Below, in pieces: positions 1 to 10,000 of a DNA stretch of 64,000 nt (position 1 is the first letter of the stretch; each line of letters opens with the position of its first letter). A program made the position numbers and the translations under genes. Where the stretch lies: positions 32,001-96,000 of the IMG/VR virus record IMGVR_UViG_3300042890_001842, one strand, 5' to 3'. Under the pieces are notes generated by a model, which saw nothing but the letters and a program-made list of their open reading frames with translations, did no database searches and was not told the DNA's origin. This DNA comes from a virus.

Positions 1-261
1 TTGATCTGCATCTTCTACAGTTTTCCAGGCTTCTTTAATAAGCATCGCATAGTGTTGGTCAGCCCCAGAGATAGCCTCCTTAGCCCTCTCACGAGAGCCA
101 GAATCGTTTCTAACAACCTGCTTCCACTCATCTATGTGTTCAAGTACTTCAGCCCTCTTGAAGCCTGTTAGAGAGGCGATCTGGGTTGGGCTATTTCCTT
201 TAAGTAGTTCTTCAACTACCTTGTTCATGCGATCAAAATGATCAGCTAATTCGATATCCAT
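1..261 (-). CDS. Partial HTH-type DNA-binding protein, possibly terminase small subunit; runs off the window edge
   Basis: Manual translation from ATG at 261: MDIELADHFDRMNKVVEELLKGNSPTQIASLTGFKRAEVLEHIDEWK..., an N-terminal HTH-like pattern; promoter immediately upstream. Confidence 0.6.
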   Translation of the reverse strand, partial: MDIELADHFDRMNKVVEELLKGNSPTQIASLTGFKRAEVLEHIDEWKQVVRNDSGSRERAKEAISGADQHYAMLIKEAWKTVEDADQ

Positions 262-269
262 ATAAATAC

Positions 270-298
270 ATTATAATCTTAGTTGACTAAAAAATCAA
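270..298 (-). promoter_or_regulatory. Sigma70-type promoter
   Basis: Minus strand TTGATT-17 nt-TATAAT, 8 nt before the ATG at 261. Confidence 0.6.
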
Positions 299-630
299 AT
301 GGCTTTTGCTTTTGCAATCTTTAGTAGGACTAAATATCCTATTAAATCGTCAATATCATTATCACCAGGATAATCTGTGCCCTTCATTAATCTATTCAGT
401 TTGTCATCAATACGGACATGAAGCTGCTCTCTTGGTCCCGCCTTTGAAAATATACGCACAGGATCAAGGGCTGAATTCCCATAGGAAATATTCTTTTTTA
501 TTAGCATCTCTGCAATATCTAAACATTCTCTAATTATTGAATTTCCAGAAGGAGCCTCTGTTGCTATTAGTTGCAAGTCTGTTACCCATGTTTGATAGTT
601 ATCTTTATTAGGATAGTCTGTAGCCGCCAT
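295..630 (-). CDS. DUF1599-like (nucleotide-modification-associated) helical protein
   Basis: KKNxxYGNS...VRIDDKLNRL...DDLIGYLVL pattern typical of this family. Confidence 0.65.
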   Translation of the reverse strand: MAATDYPNKDNYQTWVTDLQLIATEAPSGNSIIRECLDIAEMLIKKNISYGNSALDPVRIFSKAGPREQLHVRIDDKLNRLMKGTDYPGDNDIDDLIGYLVLLKIAKAKAI

Positions 631-1286
631 TATTTCATCTCCTTGTACAATAGTTTAAGTCCTTCGAAAGTTCCAATATCCATATATTGTCCTCCAGGTA
701 ATACTGATCTTACATCAAGACCTTTATCTACCCAATCTTGTATTTGTAAGCCTACGTGTGCAAGAGCTGGATCTATATCTTTAGATAAATTTCTTAACAA
801 CATTGTTCCCCACATAAATGGGTAATCACAGTCTGAAACTTTGTCTCTAGACCCAATAACCTTATTTCCGTCTAATTGAATCTGACCTACTCTGCCTTTA
901 ATTTCTTCGTGACAATCCCATGTACCAAGAACAATATCTCCATCAGATTCTATCATTTTCTTATAGATATTACTAGTACATCCAACCATATAAGTATCTG
1001 GAAGACCAATTAATAAAGTATCGCTATCTCCGCCAGCTAAAAGTTTAACTGCATCTGACATCGTTGAAGGCTCTTTAACAATAATCTTCACATCCATATC
1101 CATACTTTGAACCATTGGAACCCATGCTGCTCTTGTGGCAACTCTAACCTCATCACATACTTCAAGCATTTGATTAACATGCCATTTTAAAATTGAGCTA
1201 TCGTTAGATATTGGCAATGCAAATTTTGCTATCCCACCAATTCTTGTAGCTTTACCAGACGCTGGAAGTACTCCTATAATTGACAT
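630..1286 (-). CDS. Sugar-phosphate nucleotidyltransferase (RmlA/GlmU-like NTP transferase)
   Basis: N-terminal GVLPASGKATR...K motif, GLPDTY, C-terminal YMDIGT. Confidence 0.8.
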   Translation of the reverse strand: MSIIGVLPASGKATRIGGIAKFALPISNDSSILKWHVNQMLEVCDEVRVATRAAWVPMVQSMDMDVKIIVKEPSTMSDAVKLLAGGDSDTLLIGLPDTYMVGCTSNIYKKMIESDGDIVLGTWDCHEEIKGRVGQIQLDGNKVIGSRDKVSDCDYPFMWGTMLLRNLSKDIDPALAHVGLQIQDWVDKGLDVRSVLPGGQYMDIGTFEGLKLLYKEMK

Positions 1287-1296
1287 TGTAATTCTC

Positions 1297-2724
1297 CTAC
1301 TGAACTTGTGATTCGTATTGTGTATCTATGGCAAGAGGGTTCTTGACATTCGGAGGCAAAGTATATACATTGAATATACCCTTTTCCCCTTTTCTAAATA
1401 TAAACCAATCTGTTGGGTGGTCCATTCCTATATCTTCAACATACTTGCACAACTTTTTAGCACCTTGTTTCGAAATAACATATCCAAGTGTAGACCAGTC
1501 TTGATAAGCTTTTGAGATATTATCACTTAAAGCATAAGATGCATTGAATCTTGAGTGCTGGTTACTGTCTACATATATGCTAAAGACATCATAATTTTTA
1601 GGTAAACTATTCATAGATATTTGATACTTATTATTAAACGATTCATCTACAATAATATCGTCTTCAAAAACCACAAGCTCATTTAAATCACTTGAGCATA
1701 AGTATTTCCATGCCATGTAGTGGCTTCCAAAATTTCCTATCTCTCCTAATTTAAATCCATCCCAAGCAAATTTAAACTCTGGGTTTTCTTTTTTAAATAG
1801 TTCTATCTCTCCATCTTTTTTTGCATTTAAAGATTTAATAGATACCTTATTGCCACCTACAATTTGATCTAGAACATCCCTATTATTTTTTCTAGAATCA
1901 TCTATGTATATTGTATGATAGTTGACAGGATACGTTTTTTTTAATAGATCAGGGTTAGATTTATAGAAAGACTCTACAGACATACAGTCTTCTAAATGTT
2001 GCATTCTTCCATAAATCTTGCTAGCAATAGATCTTAATTCCTTATCATGCATTTCATATTTTTCAGAAAAATCATAAAAGTGGTCTAATATCAAGGACAA
2101 TTCTTGAGATGCTACTGAATGGTCGTAGCTGCTTCCAGCTGGATGATTTAAAACATACTTTCTATCTCTTAGGATTAACTTATTGCTATTTATAATATCA
2201 GAACACCAGATCATATCCATGCCCCACCCACTAGTTAGCGTACTCATATCAACTTTACTGGAAAGGTATTCAAAGTATTGTTCAAGCAAGTCTACAACAT
2301 TTCTGTTTAGAAATACTGCTATGCCATCAGTTTGAATAGATACATTTAATCCAGTATCAAATTCTGACTCTTTTATCTTACAAGAATTCTCACTCCATGG
2401 CTCATTTGTTAAGTGGGGAGCATAGGCCCAAACATCATACATTGAAGTTACTTGTTGAGCTCTATTTATAAACTTCATCCAATTATCTGATGATACGTCT
2501 CCGCATAGCCAAAACATGTATTCATATGATCTATCAAAATCTTTAACTGCAGCATACAGTTGTCTATAAAATCTAATGTCTCCGACATTCATCCAGTTTT
2601 CACGAGGGTATGATCCAGAATTTATAACCTTATGAGGAATATTATTTGTAGTAAATATATCTTCTATTTGAAGAACATTGTTCTCTACTCTATCCCAACT
2701 TACAATATATGTAAAAAAATTCAT
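1297..2724 (-). CDS. Two-domain glycosyltransferase with a C-terminal GT25-like domain
   Basis: C-terminal GEIGNFGSHY..W, VVFEDD, GYVISKQGAKKL and P.D motifs of GT25; N-terminal half has GT-A-like features (CGD, SGWGMD). Confidence 0.7.
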   Translation of the reverse strand: MNFFTYIVSWDRVENNVLQIEDIFTTNNIPHKVINSGSYPRENWMNVGDIRFYRQLYAAVKDFDRSYEYMFWLCGDVSSDNWMKFINRAQQVTSMYDVWAYAPHLTNEPWSENSCKIKESEFDTGLNVSIQTDGIAVFLNRNVVDLLEQYFEYLSSKVDMSTLTSGWGMDMIWCSDIINSNKLILRDRKYVLNHPAGSSYDHSVASQELSLILDHFYDFSEKYEMHDKELRSIASKIYGRMQHLEDCMSVESFYKSNPDLLKKTYPVNYHTIYIDDSRKNNRDVLDQIVGGNKVSIKSLNAKKDGEIELFKKENPEFKFAWDGFKLGEIGNFGSHYMAWKYLCSSDLNELVVFEDDIIVDESFNNKYQISMNSLPKNYDVFSIYVDSNQHSRFNASYALSDNISKAYQDWSTLGYVISKQGAKKLCKYVEDIGMDHPTDWFIFRKGEKGIFNVYTLPPNVKNPLAIDTQYESQVQ

Positions 2725-2861
2725 TTAATAATACCAACCTCTTTTAGGCATCTATATATAGTCATAACTGAAACACGGCATTCAGTTGCTATCTCTTCCA
2801 TTGTTTTTCTTTGAACAACATATCTACGATAAAGCCAGTCCTTATTCTTATACAGCTTCAT
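2721..2861 (-). CDS. Small HTH DNA-binding protein (46 aa, not in ORF track)
   Basis: Manual translation MKLYKNKDWLYRRYVVQRKTMEEIATECRVSVMTIYRCLKEVGIIK; ATGA overlaps with both neighbours. Confidence 0.75.
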   Translation of the reverse strand: MKLYKNKDWLYRRYVVQRKTMEEIATECRVSVMTIYRCLKEVGIIK

Positions 2862-3424
2862 CGCTCAGTTAAAACCTTATTTGCATAATGAGCAATTCCA
2901 AATGAGTCTGCTACATCAAAATCATTTAAAGACAACTTATATTTATTATTAAAGTAATCCACTGTTCTTTGCTTTCTCATATTTCTAATTTGATTCTTAT
3001 ACCAAGAGTCTGCGTAGCCTGGGTTGGCTAATCTTATTGCAGACTTCTCATCTTTCGTCGGATTTTTGTTGCCAATATACGCCTGCCAAGCGGTAGGGCT
3101 AATTGTAATAACCTTAGCACCAGTAGACATAAGCTCAGCAATAACAACTCCATAGACATATGATAATTTTATCACAGCATCTGGTGATCTGACAAGTACT
3201 GCTCCTTCAACAACAATATAATCTGCTTTTAATTCAGTTAACATTGCATTCATTTTAACCTTAGCGTCATAAATTTTTGCATATATATCAGATCCAACTA
3301 ACTCAACTTTACCCCATTTAATCGGAATATCATTTTCCATAAGGCAAAATGCTACTGAGTTAGTGGATGCGTCTATGCCAAGAACTCTATGTGCCTTGGT
3401 CTTAACAAGCTCAGCTAACTTCAT
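2858..3424 (-). CDS. ruvC: RuvC-like Holliday junction resolvase
   Basis: VLGIDAST, IVVE and DVADSFGIA catalytic RNase H-fold motifs. Confidence 0.8.
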   Translation of the reverse strand: MKLAELVKTKAHRVLGIDASTNSVAFCLMENDIPIKWGKVELVGSDIYAKIYDAKVKMNAMLTELKADYIVVEGAVLVRSPDAVIKLSYVYGVVIAELMSTGAKVITISPTAWQAYIGNKNPTKDEKSAIRLANPGYADSWYKNQIRNMRKQRTVDYFNNKYKLSLNDFDVADSFGIAHYANKVLTER

Positions 3425-3689
3425 CTATCATCCCTAATAATCTATAATTGTTTTCAGAATTTATTTTCTTTGTGCATTGTGAGCATAAGTCAGATTCATT
3501 ATATCTACTCAACTGAGATTTGCATTTCTTACATAGTCGAGCAAGACCATTTCTAATAGCCTTCTTTTCATAATACTTCTGCATAATACGACGATTTGTT
3601 GCAACTCTGCAACATTCATCACAGCAATACTTTTGATTATGAGTCTTTGACTCAAATTCTTTTGCACACTCTGTATTAGCGCATATCAT
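3411..3689 (-). CDS. Cys-rich (zinc-binding) hypothetical protein
   Basis: CANTEC, KYCCDEC, CKKC and CSQC motifs. Confidence 0.65.
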   Translation of the reverse strand: MICANTECAKEFESKTHNQKYCCDECCRVATNRRIMQKYYEKKAIRNGLARLCKKCKSQLSRYNESDLCSQCTKKINSENNYRLLGMIDEVS

Positions 3690-4477
3690 TACTTTGTCAT
3701 CTCATATAACTCAATTTGTACTGTGCCCACTGGAGTGTCTTTGCTGTAGCATTCCTTTTTGATTGGACAGTATGTGCATGGCATTTTAGACTTAGATGCT
3801 CCTGCTGGACGCATTGGTAGATCTCCGTCTTTAAAATTGTCATAAACTTCCTGCATCCACAAAAATGCATCCTCAATAATCTTTTTATTTGTCTCATTCA
3901 TTGAGACTGGAATTATAAGGATCTCCTGTGTGTTCTTGTTCTCATACAAGAAGAATCCTTCTTTAGCATTCTTGAGCTTCATATATGTAAGTAGCTGGAG
4001 CATATGGTTAGTTGAGGATTTCATTTCAGACTGTCTTGTATCCCATACCTCTTGCTTAGCCGTCTTAATTTCTCCAATTACAGTCTCGCCATCATATTCC
4101 ATAATAAGGTCAATGAATCCTCTGATTGGTGGATACTCATTAATAATCTCCTCTTCTTCTGCTCTCCACTCTGGCATAGTTTTAATTAGATTTTGCAATC
4201 TCTCATGAGCTTGAGTTCCCTGTGCCATATTAGCAACAGCAATAGCATCATTATCATCAATAAAAACTGCACCAGAAAAAGCCATGTACCAGTATCTTGG
4301 GCATTTGCCATGACCATAACCAAGTGAGCTTGGGCTAAACGACCTCTTTGTCATTTCTCCGTCTGCACGTTTTGTATTTCTGTATGCCTCATCAAGAAGC
4401 TCAGCAAATTTTTCTGGGTCAAAGAACTTTCCAGTATGCTTTTTAAATTTAAGATTTCTTACTATATCTCTACCCAT
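3689..4477 (-). CDS. Cas4-like PD-(D/E)XK exonuclease
   Basis: CPRYWY, GFID, EIK and QLLTY motifs plus a C-terminal CTYC..C Fe-S staple. Confidence 0.8.
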   Translation of the reverse strand: MGRDIVRNLKFKKHTGKFFDPEKFAELLDEAYRNTKRADGEMTKRSFSPSSLGYGHGKCPRYWYMAFSGAVFIDDNDAIAVANMAQGTQAHERLQNLIKTMPEWRAEEEEIINEYPPIRGFIDLIMEYDGETVIGEIKTAKQEVWDTRQSEMKSSTNHMLQLLTYMKLKNAKEGFFLYENKNTQEILIIPVSMNETNKKIIEDAFLWMQEVYDNFKDGDLPMRPAGASKSKMPCTYCPIKKECYSKDTPVGTVQIELYEMTK

Positions 4478-4815
4478 TATGAATTATACCTAACGACATA
4501 CTTAAGTGCATCTACAAGTTTGTCTATGGACTCTTTTACTGAATAATAAATGTTCTTTTTATTGTTGTTTGCAGTTCCAGCCTTGTCTTTTGCAATAGTT
4601 GAATATACTGATGCAAGTATAGCAAACTTAGTTGACATTGCTTGAAGTTCCATAATAAGCATTGGCGCTTTTGCAGAAGGAACATCTGGGTTCATTAGTA
4701 GCTTAACTACAATCGCCAGAGTTTTATCAAGATGTTCGTCTTTCATAAAATCATGTAAATCATTAAACTCTGTAATGTCGCTTATTAACTCTAGAGTATT
4801 TTTATCTTGTGTCAT
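4477..4815 (-). CDS. Hypothetical protein (likely start MTQDK)
   Basis: ORF in the operon; ATG at 4815 overlaps the stop of the upstream small gene. Confidence 0.6.
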   Translation of the reverse strand: MTQDKNTLELISDITEFNDLHDFMKDEHLDKTLAIVVKLLMNPDVPSAKAPMLIMELQAMSTKFAILASVYSTIAKDKAGTANNNKKNIYYSVKESIDKLVDALKYVVRYNS

Positions 4816-4973
4816 GAAATAATCCTTTGCACTAATCCATATCCCATCCATAATCCAAATATACCCATCAATCCAGCAAATACAGGAGGTGCTGGAACTG
4901 GGAGTCTAAAAATGCTGAATACCGCACCAACTCCCATACCAGTAATAGTTGTTAAAAATACTTCTTTAATCAT
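4812..4973 (-). CDS. XapX/DUF1427-like small membrane protein (53 aa, not in ORF track)
   Basis: Manual translation MIKEVFLTTITGMGVGAVFSIFRLPVPAPPVFAGLMGIFGLWMGYGLVQRIIS; LPVPAPP signature; GAGGAG RBS. Confidence 0.75.
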   Translation of the reverse strand: MIKEVFLTTITGMGVGAVFSIFRLPVPAPPVFAGLMGIFGLWMGYGLVQRIIS

Positions 4974-5274
4974 GATTCTCCTCATAAAACTGGATCAGTT
5001 CTTCTAAAACTGCCCACTCAATAATTCCAAGACGGACCTTAGAATCTTCACCTATAATAATCTTTAAAGCTGGATGCATGTCTCTGCTTACTTTAAAAGT
5101 GTCTGTGCATATTTTTGACCAAACATCTTTGTTTAAAGTAAATGATCTACCAGCTTCTTTGTAATCTACTAAAAACTGTTTCCACTTTGCATCTCCTTTT
5201 TGATAATCTCCACGCCCACTATTTTTTTGAGCCTTGGCATTATCTCTTTTTACTTCTGATCTCTCTGACATCAA
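4966..5274 (-). CDS. Small PD-(D/E)XK-like nuclease / resolvase-like protein
   Basis: NSG..KGD..LVDYK pattern. Confidence 0.5.
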   Translation of the reverse strand: MMSERSEVKRDNAKAQKNSGRGDYQKGDAKWKQFLVDYKEAGRSFTLNKDVWSKICTDTFKVSRDMHPALKIIIGEDSKVRLGIIEWAVLEELIQFYEENHD

Positions 5275-5474
5275 TTTACCTGTACAGAATTATCATGACC
5301 ATTATCACATTTCCAAGTTAATAATAGTCTGTCGGGATCCCACCACCCACCATCCACATCAAGCTCACATTTGCCACAAGGACGAATGCCGTTGAGCTTT
5401 TCCAATGTGGAATGTACTTGCTCAACTACTTCTTCTTTTTTTAAAAACTCATTCAGATCTGGCACGTATCTCAC
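5271..5474 (-). CDS. Zn-ribbon hypothetical protein
   Basis: CGKC...CDNGH; sits within the operon. Confidence 0.55.
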   Translation of the reverse strand: MRYVPDLNEFLKKEEVVEQVHSTLEKLNGIRPCGKCELDVDGGWWDPDRLLLTWKCDNGHDNSVQVN

Positions 5475-6456
5475 CTATCAATTTACCAACTACTTCTTTG
5501 TTAGAACGAAGATAATCTACAGCTTTAGCTCTACCTTGAAATCTTTCTTCACCAATAGTATACCAAGCTCCGCCCTTTTGAACAATTCCCATCATCTCTG
5601 CAACATCAAGTGTTTCTCCAACAGTATCTACACCAAGAGCTTCCCCTTGGTAATAAAAGTCGTACTGTCCTGATAGATTTGGGGGGCCAAGCTTGTTGTA
5701 ATCAATAATCCAGTTAACTGGCCTTCCAACCCTTTGTTCAATAATCTTGTCGCCAACTTTAATACCAGCCTTGATAGCATTAGCCTCAGCTTCAGACGAC
5801 CAAAGTTTAATGACTGTAGAAGAAAAGAACTTGACTGCCATGCCACCTGTTGGTATGTGACTAGCATGCATAGATCCAAATTGATTTCGTTGTTGTGAGA
5901 TGAGTACAAGTAATGTGTTTTTGTTTGCATAGTTTAACATCTTGACTGCGTGGGTCATATCCTTTGCTTCAGCGCCGATCTGCTTGGTATCTTGCAGATC
6001 CTTCATTTCATTTCCATCTTTTTCAAAATATATTCCTGGCAAAAGAGCTGAGATGGAATCTACTACAATAAGGTCTACTCCAGCTTCCATTAGCTTTACG
6101 CCAACGTCAACCATATCGTTTACTGTTTTTGCAGAAGAGTATATTAGCGCCTCTGAATCTACGCCAAGTTCTTCTGCCCACTTCTGATCGTATGATGCTT
6201 CTGCATCAATCCAAGCACATGTCTTTCCTTCTTGTTGTGCCAAAGCAATCATCTGTAGACAGAAAGATGACTTTCCAGCAGACTTATTGCCCCAAACAAG
6301 CACTTGTCTTCCATAACCAAGACCACCCTTTAATGCCATATTTAAGCCAATGCTTGGTGTTGCTTGCTTATCAACTTTTACATCTTGTGCTGATTGAACT
6401 CTTGCTCTTGTTTTAGGATCTAATTTAGCTAATATATCGTCTAATGCTATTGTCAT
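5449..6456 (-). CDS. recA: RecA/UvsX-like recombinase
   Basis: Walker A GNKSAGKS, WIDAE, VVDSI, TGG.AVKF and KGGAWY motifs. Confidence 0.93.
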   Translation of the reverse strand: MTIALDDILAKLDPKTRARVQSAQDVKVDKQATPSIGLNMALKGGLGYGRQVLVWGNKSAGKSSFCLQMIALAQQEGKTCAWIDAEASYDQKWAEELGVDSEALIYSSAKTVNDMVDVGVKLMEAGVDLIVVDSISALLPGIYFEKDGNEMKDLQDTKQIGAEAKDMTHAVKMLNYANKNTLLVLISQQRNQFGSMHASHIPTGGMAVKFFSSTVIKLWSSEAEANAIKAGIKVGDKIIEQRVGRPVNWIIDYNKLGPPNLSGQYDFYYQGEALGVDTVGETLDVAEMMGIVQKGGAWYTIGEERFQGRAKAVDYLRSNKEVVGKLIGEIRARSE

Positions 6457-6478
6457 TTTACTCTTTCTTCTCTATAGT

Positions 6479-6487
6479 ATTATATCA
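6479..6487 (-). promoter_or_regulatory. Extended -10 promoter upstream of recA
   Basis: TGATATAAT in the intergenic gap. Confidence 0.55.
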
Positions 6488-6488
6488 T

Positions 6489-6836
6489 TTAGAATAGGTT
6501 GCCGTGAAGGGCTGGGCGTAACTTATTTTTTTCTATTTTGTTATTTAAAATTTCATCTAAACTATGAGTAACTGTTTCTTCATTTCTCATTGCTGCATAT
6601 ACATCTAGAAGCCTGATAATAACATCTGCCATTTCTTCTACAACTTCTTGAGACCCTTTGTTTTTACGGATAGCTTCCAAAACCTCAGTAACTTCCGAAT
6701 GTACGAGAGCCAATTTATTACCAATCTTGTCATGTGTATATTCGCCATGCCAAAATCCTTTTTCAATAGCAGTCTCATGTAGTACTGCAGATAATGCGTC
6801 TAAACCGTATTCAGTAACAATTTGATTACTATTCAT
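6489..6836 (-). CDS. MazG-like nucleotide pyrophosphohydrolase
   Basis: LVHSEVTEVLEAIRK...EEMADVIIR..KIEKNK motif. Confidence 0.85.
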   Translation of the reverse strand: MNSNQIVTEYGLDALSAVLHETAIEKGFWHGEYTHDKIGNKLALVHSEVTEVLEAIRKNKGSQEVVEEMADVIIRLLDVYAAMRNEETVTHSLDEILNNKIEKNKLRPALHGNLF

Positions 6837-7017
6837 CTTTATTCCTTAAGCTAAACTTAAACGTCAAATTTTGATCGTCATAGTCAACAACTAACTCTTT
6901 ATCTTCATTTTTTGCATTTATAAATTTATCTGTTTTAACTTCAAGTGTTCCATATTCTTCAAGCAATGCAACCAATATCTTATTTAAAGATAAAGATTGG
7001 ATAATTTCTTCTGTCAT
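6829..7017 (-). CDS. Hypothetical protein
   Basis: ORF overlapping both neighbours, with AAGGAG RBS. Confidence 0.6.
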   Translation of the reverse strand: MTEEIIQSLSLNKILVALLEEYGTLEVKTDKFINAKNEDKELVVDYDDQNLTFKFSLRNKDE

Positions 7018-10000
7018 TTTATCTCCTTAATCATAAAAGTCCCGTCATCTAGTTTAGATAAAACTGGGTTACAAACCATTCCATCTCTCATTTTTGCTAG
7101 AGTTATTTTATACATAGTCGGAAATGCAATTGCTCTGACTAAATTCTTATCTTTATCCGTCATTACAATATGAGACATAGTCTTTCCAGCCTTTGTTTGA
7201 TACGGCGTAAAGTTAATAACCATCTTTTCATTTTCATCTATATCGTATTGTTTCCTATATAGAAAATCTACAAATATATCTTTTGAGTCAGGGGTTACAT
7301 CATTTACATCAACGTATCTAGCTATTCTGTTATCTCCAACCAATATAAAGTACATCTTGCCAGACTCAATCTTTGTCTGTTCATGATCGAATAATCCAAT
7401 GCTGCCCGTCTCGTCAACCAACTCGACACGAGCCCAACCCTTTCCACGCTTAATACTCTTAACCATACCAAACATTACAAAGGATCCAATTGGATCAAAT
7501 TGATCAATTGTTAAAGCTTGAGCCTTAATTCTTGGAGGAATATTCTTTAACTCAAAAGAAGGTATACCAAGAAACTCATAATAGTTTTCTTTTTCTTTAC
7601 CCGTTCTTAAGTTATCTTCAAATGCTGCTCCGCCAATTGCATTCAATGAGCTTATTGCTCTGCTGTTAATACCACTACCTTTTTTTGAAGCCTTATCTAC
7701 AAAGTCTTTATATGTCTTGTATGGCCTATTCTCAATAATCTTATTAGCAATGCTATCTGAAATGTATTTGATTTCTGCTAGCCCAAACATTAAAGAGTCT
7801 TTTTGTAAAGAGAAATATACCTCTGACTCATTTATATGTGGAAGCTTAACCTTTAATCCAAGTCTTTTTGCCTCAATCAGATATTCTGTTCTTGTGTCTT
7901 TGTCTCCTTCGTTTTTGAGCGCTGCGAAAATAAACTCCAAAGGATAATGTAACTTAAGCCAAGCGGTATAATAAGAAAGCATAGAGTAAGCAACAGCGTG
8001 AGACCTATTGAACGAGTATCCAGCATGTGCCTCAAAGTCGTGCCAAAGTCTTTCTGCTTGCTTTTTTGAAATATGCTTTGAAGCACCTTCGACAAACTTA
8101 TCTTTGAACTGATCGAATTCTTTTGCATCTTTCTTCTTTCCAATGATCTTTCTAACCTTGTCTGCCTCAGACCAAGTCATTCCACCCAAGTGTACGCATG
8201 CCTGCATAACCTGTTCCTGATAAATAATCACACCATAAGTATTTTTTGTAAATGGCTGCATTATAGGATGAACATACTCTGTAGCCTCTTTGCCATTCTT
8301 TCTATTGATGTATGAAGCACCTACTGTATTCATGGCTCCTGGACGTACTAGGGCATTTGAAACAACAAGGTCTTCAAATTCATTTGCGCCCATCTTTATC
8401 AATAGGTTTGTATATGGCGTTGCTTCGGCTTGAAATACACCTTTAGTATAACCATCGCTCAACATCTTAAATACGTTTGCATCATTAAAGTTTATCTTAG
8501 CAAGTTCTATCTTCTTGCCCGTTCTTTTATTTACGGAAGCAATTGTATCTGAAATTACAGAAAGGCACTTAAGGCCTAGAGCATCAAGCTTGATCAGTCC
8601 AATATCAGCAACAGTGTCCATATCATATGCTATAACTGGGATTCTACCAGAAGCCTTATCTTCACGATCTTCTCTTGTTTCAACAGGGCCATAGTTTCTT
8701 AAGTCATCCTTTGCAACAATTACTCCAGCTGCGTGGATTCCAGTGCTTCTAATCTTTCCACGTAGTCTTTCAGCAAGCCATGTTACTTCTGGATACTTAA
8801 GTCTAAACTCTTTTGTATTTGGTGAAGATACGTATTCCTCAAATGTGTCAACAGATTTTAATGCATGATTAACTTCTCCAAGAGGAATCATAAAGGCACG
8901 AGCAGCATCTCTAATAACTCCCTTATCTTTAAAATAAGTAAAGGTAGAAATAGAGGCAACATATTTAAATTTCTTTTTTAAATATTCCTTTACCTCTTTA
9001 CGACGACGGTCTTCAAAGTCTGTATCGATATCAGGAAAGTCATTTCTATCTGGGTTGATAAATCGGAAAAACAGTAAGTCATACTCAATTGGATCTACAT
9101 CTGTAATTCCTAATGAATAACAAGTTAATGATCCAGCAGCAGAACCACGTCCTGGACCAACCATAATATTATTTTCTTTAGCCCAATTGATCATGTCTGC
9201 TACGATAAGAAAGTAGGAAGCAAAGTTCTTGTCCTTGATTACAGAAAGCTCTTCTTCTAAACGATTGATATATACTTCGTCTAAATCTTTGCCTATCTTC
9301 TTTAGTCCAGCATAAGACAACTCTCTCAACTTGTCATCCGCATCAGTCTTTGGTACTGGAAGTAGGTCTAAGTTTTTATGAAGATCATAATCCTTAATCT
9401 TGTCTGCCACCTCTAAAGTGTTATCAAATATATCTGTTCTATTTATTCCAGAGGTCTTAAAGTCTGCTTCAATTTCTTCACGAGTTTGCATAAACAAATT
9501 CATGCCCTTGAATGTCATTCTACGATCAGGATAAAGATAATCAAATCTATCAGACATATCATTCATTTGTCTAGACATGTCAAAGTCTGCATCCTTGTTC
9601 ATCTTAGGATTAGTAGAGATAATCAACAAAGCCTCTTCTAAAAGCCTATCCTCTTCTTTTGCATAATGCATATCGCTTGTAGCAATTGGCTTTATCTCAA
9701 GCTCGTCTGCTAGTTCTAAAAGAGATGAGTTTATTTCTGGCGGGTTATGAGATTGTACTTCAACATAAAAATCATCTTGAAAGATTTTCTTAAAATCTTT
9801 GAGCATAAGTCGTGCTTCAGACAGATCTCCTTTACTAATAGCCTTGCTAACAAGTCCATTAAGACATCCAGACAATACAATAATGCCTTCTGCATATTCC
9901 TTTAAAACCTCTCTATCAATTCTTGGCTTTGAGTAAAAGCCTTCTGTCCATGCTATCTCTTGCAGCTTATGGATATTGCTTAAACCCTTTTTGTTTTTTG

